Made by a program: the position numbers and the translations under genes
Shown here: positions 63,012 to 64,000 of the stretch, one piece after another
How the letters are laid out: every line of letters begins with the position of its first letter
Position numbering within the stretch: position 1 is the first letter of the stretch
Assembly (NCBI GenBank): GCA_963743045.1
Contig: CAVUOF010000032.1
Location: 69,611 to 133,610 of the forward strand
Source of the DNA: an uncultured Acidobacteriota bacterium
GTDB lineage: Bacteria > Acidobacteriota > Blastocatellia > RBC074
Reading direction: 5' to 3'
DNA: 64,000 bases
Notes under the pieces: generated by a model
The model's input: only the letters and a program-made list of their open reading frames with translations
What the model was told of the DNA's origin: nothing
The model's database searches: none

Positions 63012-63722
63012 TTAGCTGGATTCAGCCCCGTCTTCTGCCGAGAGAAGCCGGTATACGACTCCCGCGAGAGCGGCACCAATAATGGGTGCAACCCAGAAGA
63101 GCCATAGCTGCGAAAGCGCCCAGCCGCCAGCGAAGATCGCCGGGCCGGTGCTCCGGGCAGGATTAACGGAGGTATTGGTCACCGGAATACTGATCAGGTG
63201 AATGAGTGTCAGGCCGAGACCGATGGCGATCGGCGCAAAGCCTTTTGGTGCGCGCCGGTCGGTCGACCCGAGGATGATTATCAAAAACATGAAGGTGAAG
63301 ACGATCTCAGCTACGAAGCAGGCAAGCAGCGAATATTTTCCGGGTGAGTGATCCGCATAGCCATTGCTCGCAAAGCCTCCGGCCAGAGAAAAGCCATCCT
63401 TGCCACTCGCAATCAGATAGAGAACGAATGCACCGCCAACCGCTCCGAGTACCTGGGCTATGATGTAAGGCAGAACGTCCGAAGGCGGACATCGCTTCCC
63501 CACGCACAGTCCGACGGTTACGGCCGGATTGAAATGACCGCCCGAAACGTGGCCAACTGCGTAGGCCATGGTCAGGACGGTCAAGCCAAACGCGAACGCA
63601 ACTCCCACGAAACCGATACCTAAATCGGGAAATGCTGCTGCCAGGACCGCACTACCACAGCCACCCAGCACCAACCAGAATGTTCCGAGAAATTCTGCAC
63701 CCGCTCGATTGACCAGTGACAT
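63012..63722 (-). CDS. aqpZ: Aquaporin Z
   Basis: [26 protein letters not shown]..., with two NPA boxes ([13 protein letters not shown]). The start is taken at the internal Met. Confidence 0.9.
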   Translation of the reverse strand: MSLVNRAGAEFLGTFWLVLGGCGSAVLAAAFPDLGIGFVGVAFAFGLTVLTMAYAVGHVSGGHFNPAVTVGLCVGKRCPPSDVLPYIIAQVLGAVGGAFVLYLIASGKDGFSLAGGFASNGYADHSPGKYSLLACFVAEIVFTFMFLIIILGSTDRRAPKGFAPIAIGLGLTLIHLISIPVTNTSVNPARSTGPAIFAGGWALSQLWLFWVAPIIGAALAGVVYRLLSAEDGAESS

Positions 63723-64000
63723 GAAATCCTCCTGTGATTGTGGATACCAACGACTATTGGGTGTTGCCTGTTTTGCCTGACCGATGTGCATCGGAGGCCA
63801 GTTTTAAAAGCATGTCGTTTTGTCTTTACAATTGGCGGCGGATTGCTCAAATAACGTTCGCCCAAAGTTGCTGCCAGCTAAGTCGCCTGGTGAGAGCTCC
63901 AAAGATGCTCGTGTTCAGACGCTTGACGCCTGCAAGGCTGCGAAAGGCGGGAAGGGACGCCTCTCGAGCGATACTGCCTGCGGTAGTAGTACAGCCGCAC

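Noticed and set aside
63847-64000. Possible 3' end of a minus-strand gene at the window edge (…LPAFRSLAGVKRLNTSIFGALTRRLSWQQLWANVI*)
   Set aside because: Only ~50 codons are visible and there is no recognisable family. This is too little evidence to call a feature.

Overview
The window is a GC-rich (about 58-60%) bacterial chromosome segment. The gene content suggests Acidobacteriota, an inference from the many TonB-dependent receptors with N-terminal carboxypeptidase-regulatory-like domains, FG-GAP/VCBS proteins and BNR-like propellers. There are no rRNA or tRNA genes, no CRISPR array, and no integrase or phage genes.

Layout:
- 0-11.5 kb, housekeeping: lipid kinase 3' end, TPR protein, tatC/tatA, VWA protein, aroB, a LysM protein, and a deoxyhypusine-synthase-like gene next to speA.
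- 11.8-47.3 kb, a paralog-rich and rearranged envelope/metal-themed accessory region. It holds four TonB-dependent receptors, two near-identical FG-GAP genes, two CxCC beta-propellers, a His/Met-rich outer-membrane (OM) barrel, an RcnR/CsoR-type repressor with a P1B ATPase, an orphan LytTR regulator, and several truncated gene fragments. The fragments include a DUF499-type ATPase, a Ser/Thr kinase, an amidohydrolase, and an AbiEii-type toxin-antitoxin (TA) remnant.
- 47.5-57 kb, a sugar cluster: deoR, pgi, malQ, sodium:solute symporter, galK, galT, gpmA.
- 57-64 kb: GNAT, S9 peptidase, a CxxCH protein, a patatin-Omp85 protein and aqpZ.

Most interesting candidate: two paralogous exported proteins carry an identically spaced C-x3-CC-x4-HCCC-x-P-HH cluster. 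Each is the first gene of a TonB-dependent receptor operon. One operon also encodes a CxCC propeller; the other encodes two receptors and an FG-GAP protein. I propose this as an uncharacterised metal-sensing or uptake module. It is DUF2946-like in architecture only, and that comparison is from memory.

Other notable signals:
- Several families of hairpin-module REP/REPIN-like repeats occupy almost every long intergenic gap. One pair flanks the first ~17 codons of an IS200/RAYT-like Y1 transposase.
- A segmental duplication is caught in decay.

Major caveat: about 40 frameshifts are clustered in a subset of genes. Several sit at homopolymers while protein similarity stays intact, which fits consensus or assembly error at least as well as real pseudogenisation. 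All family calls come from reading the translations, with no database search.
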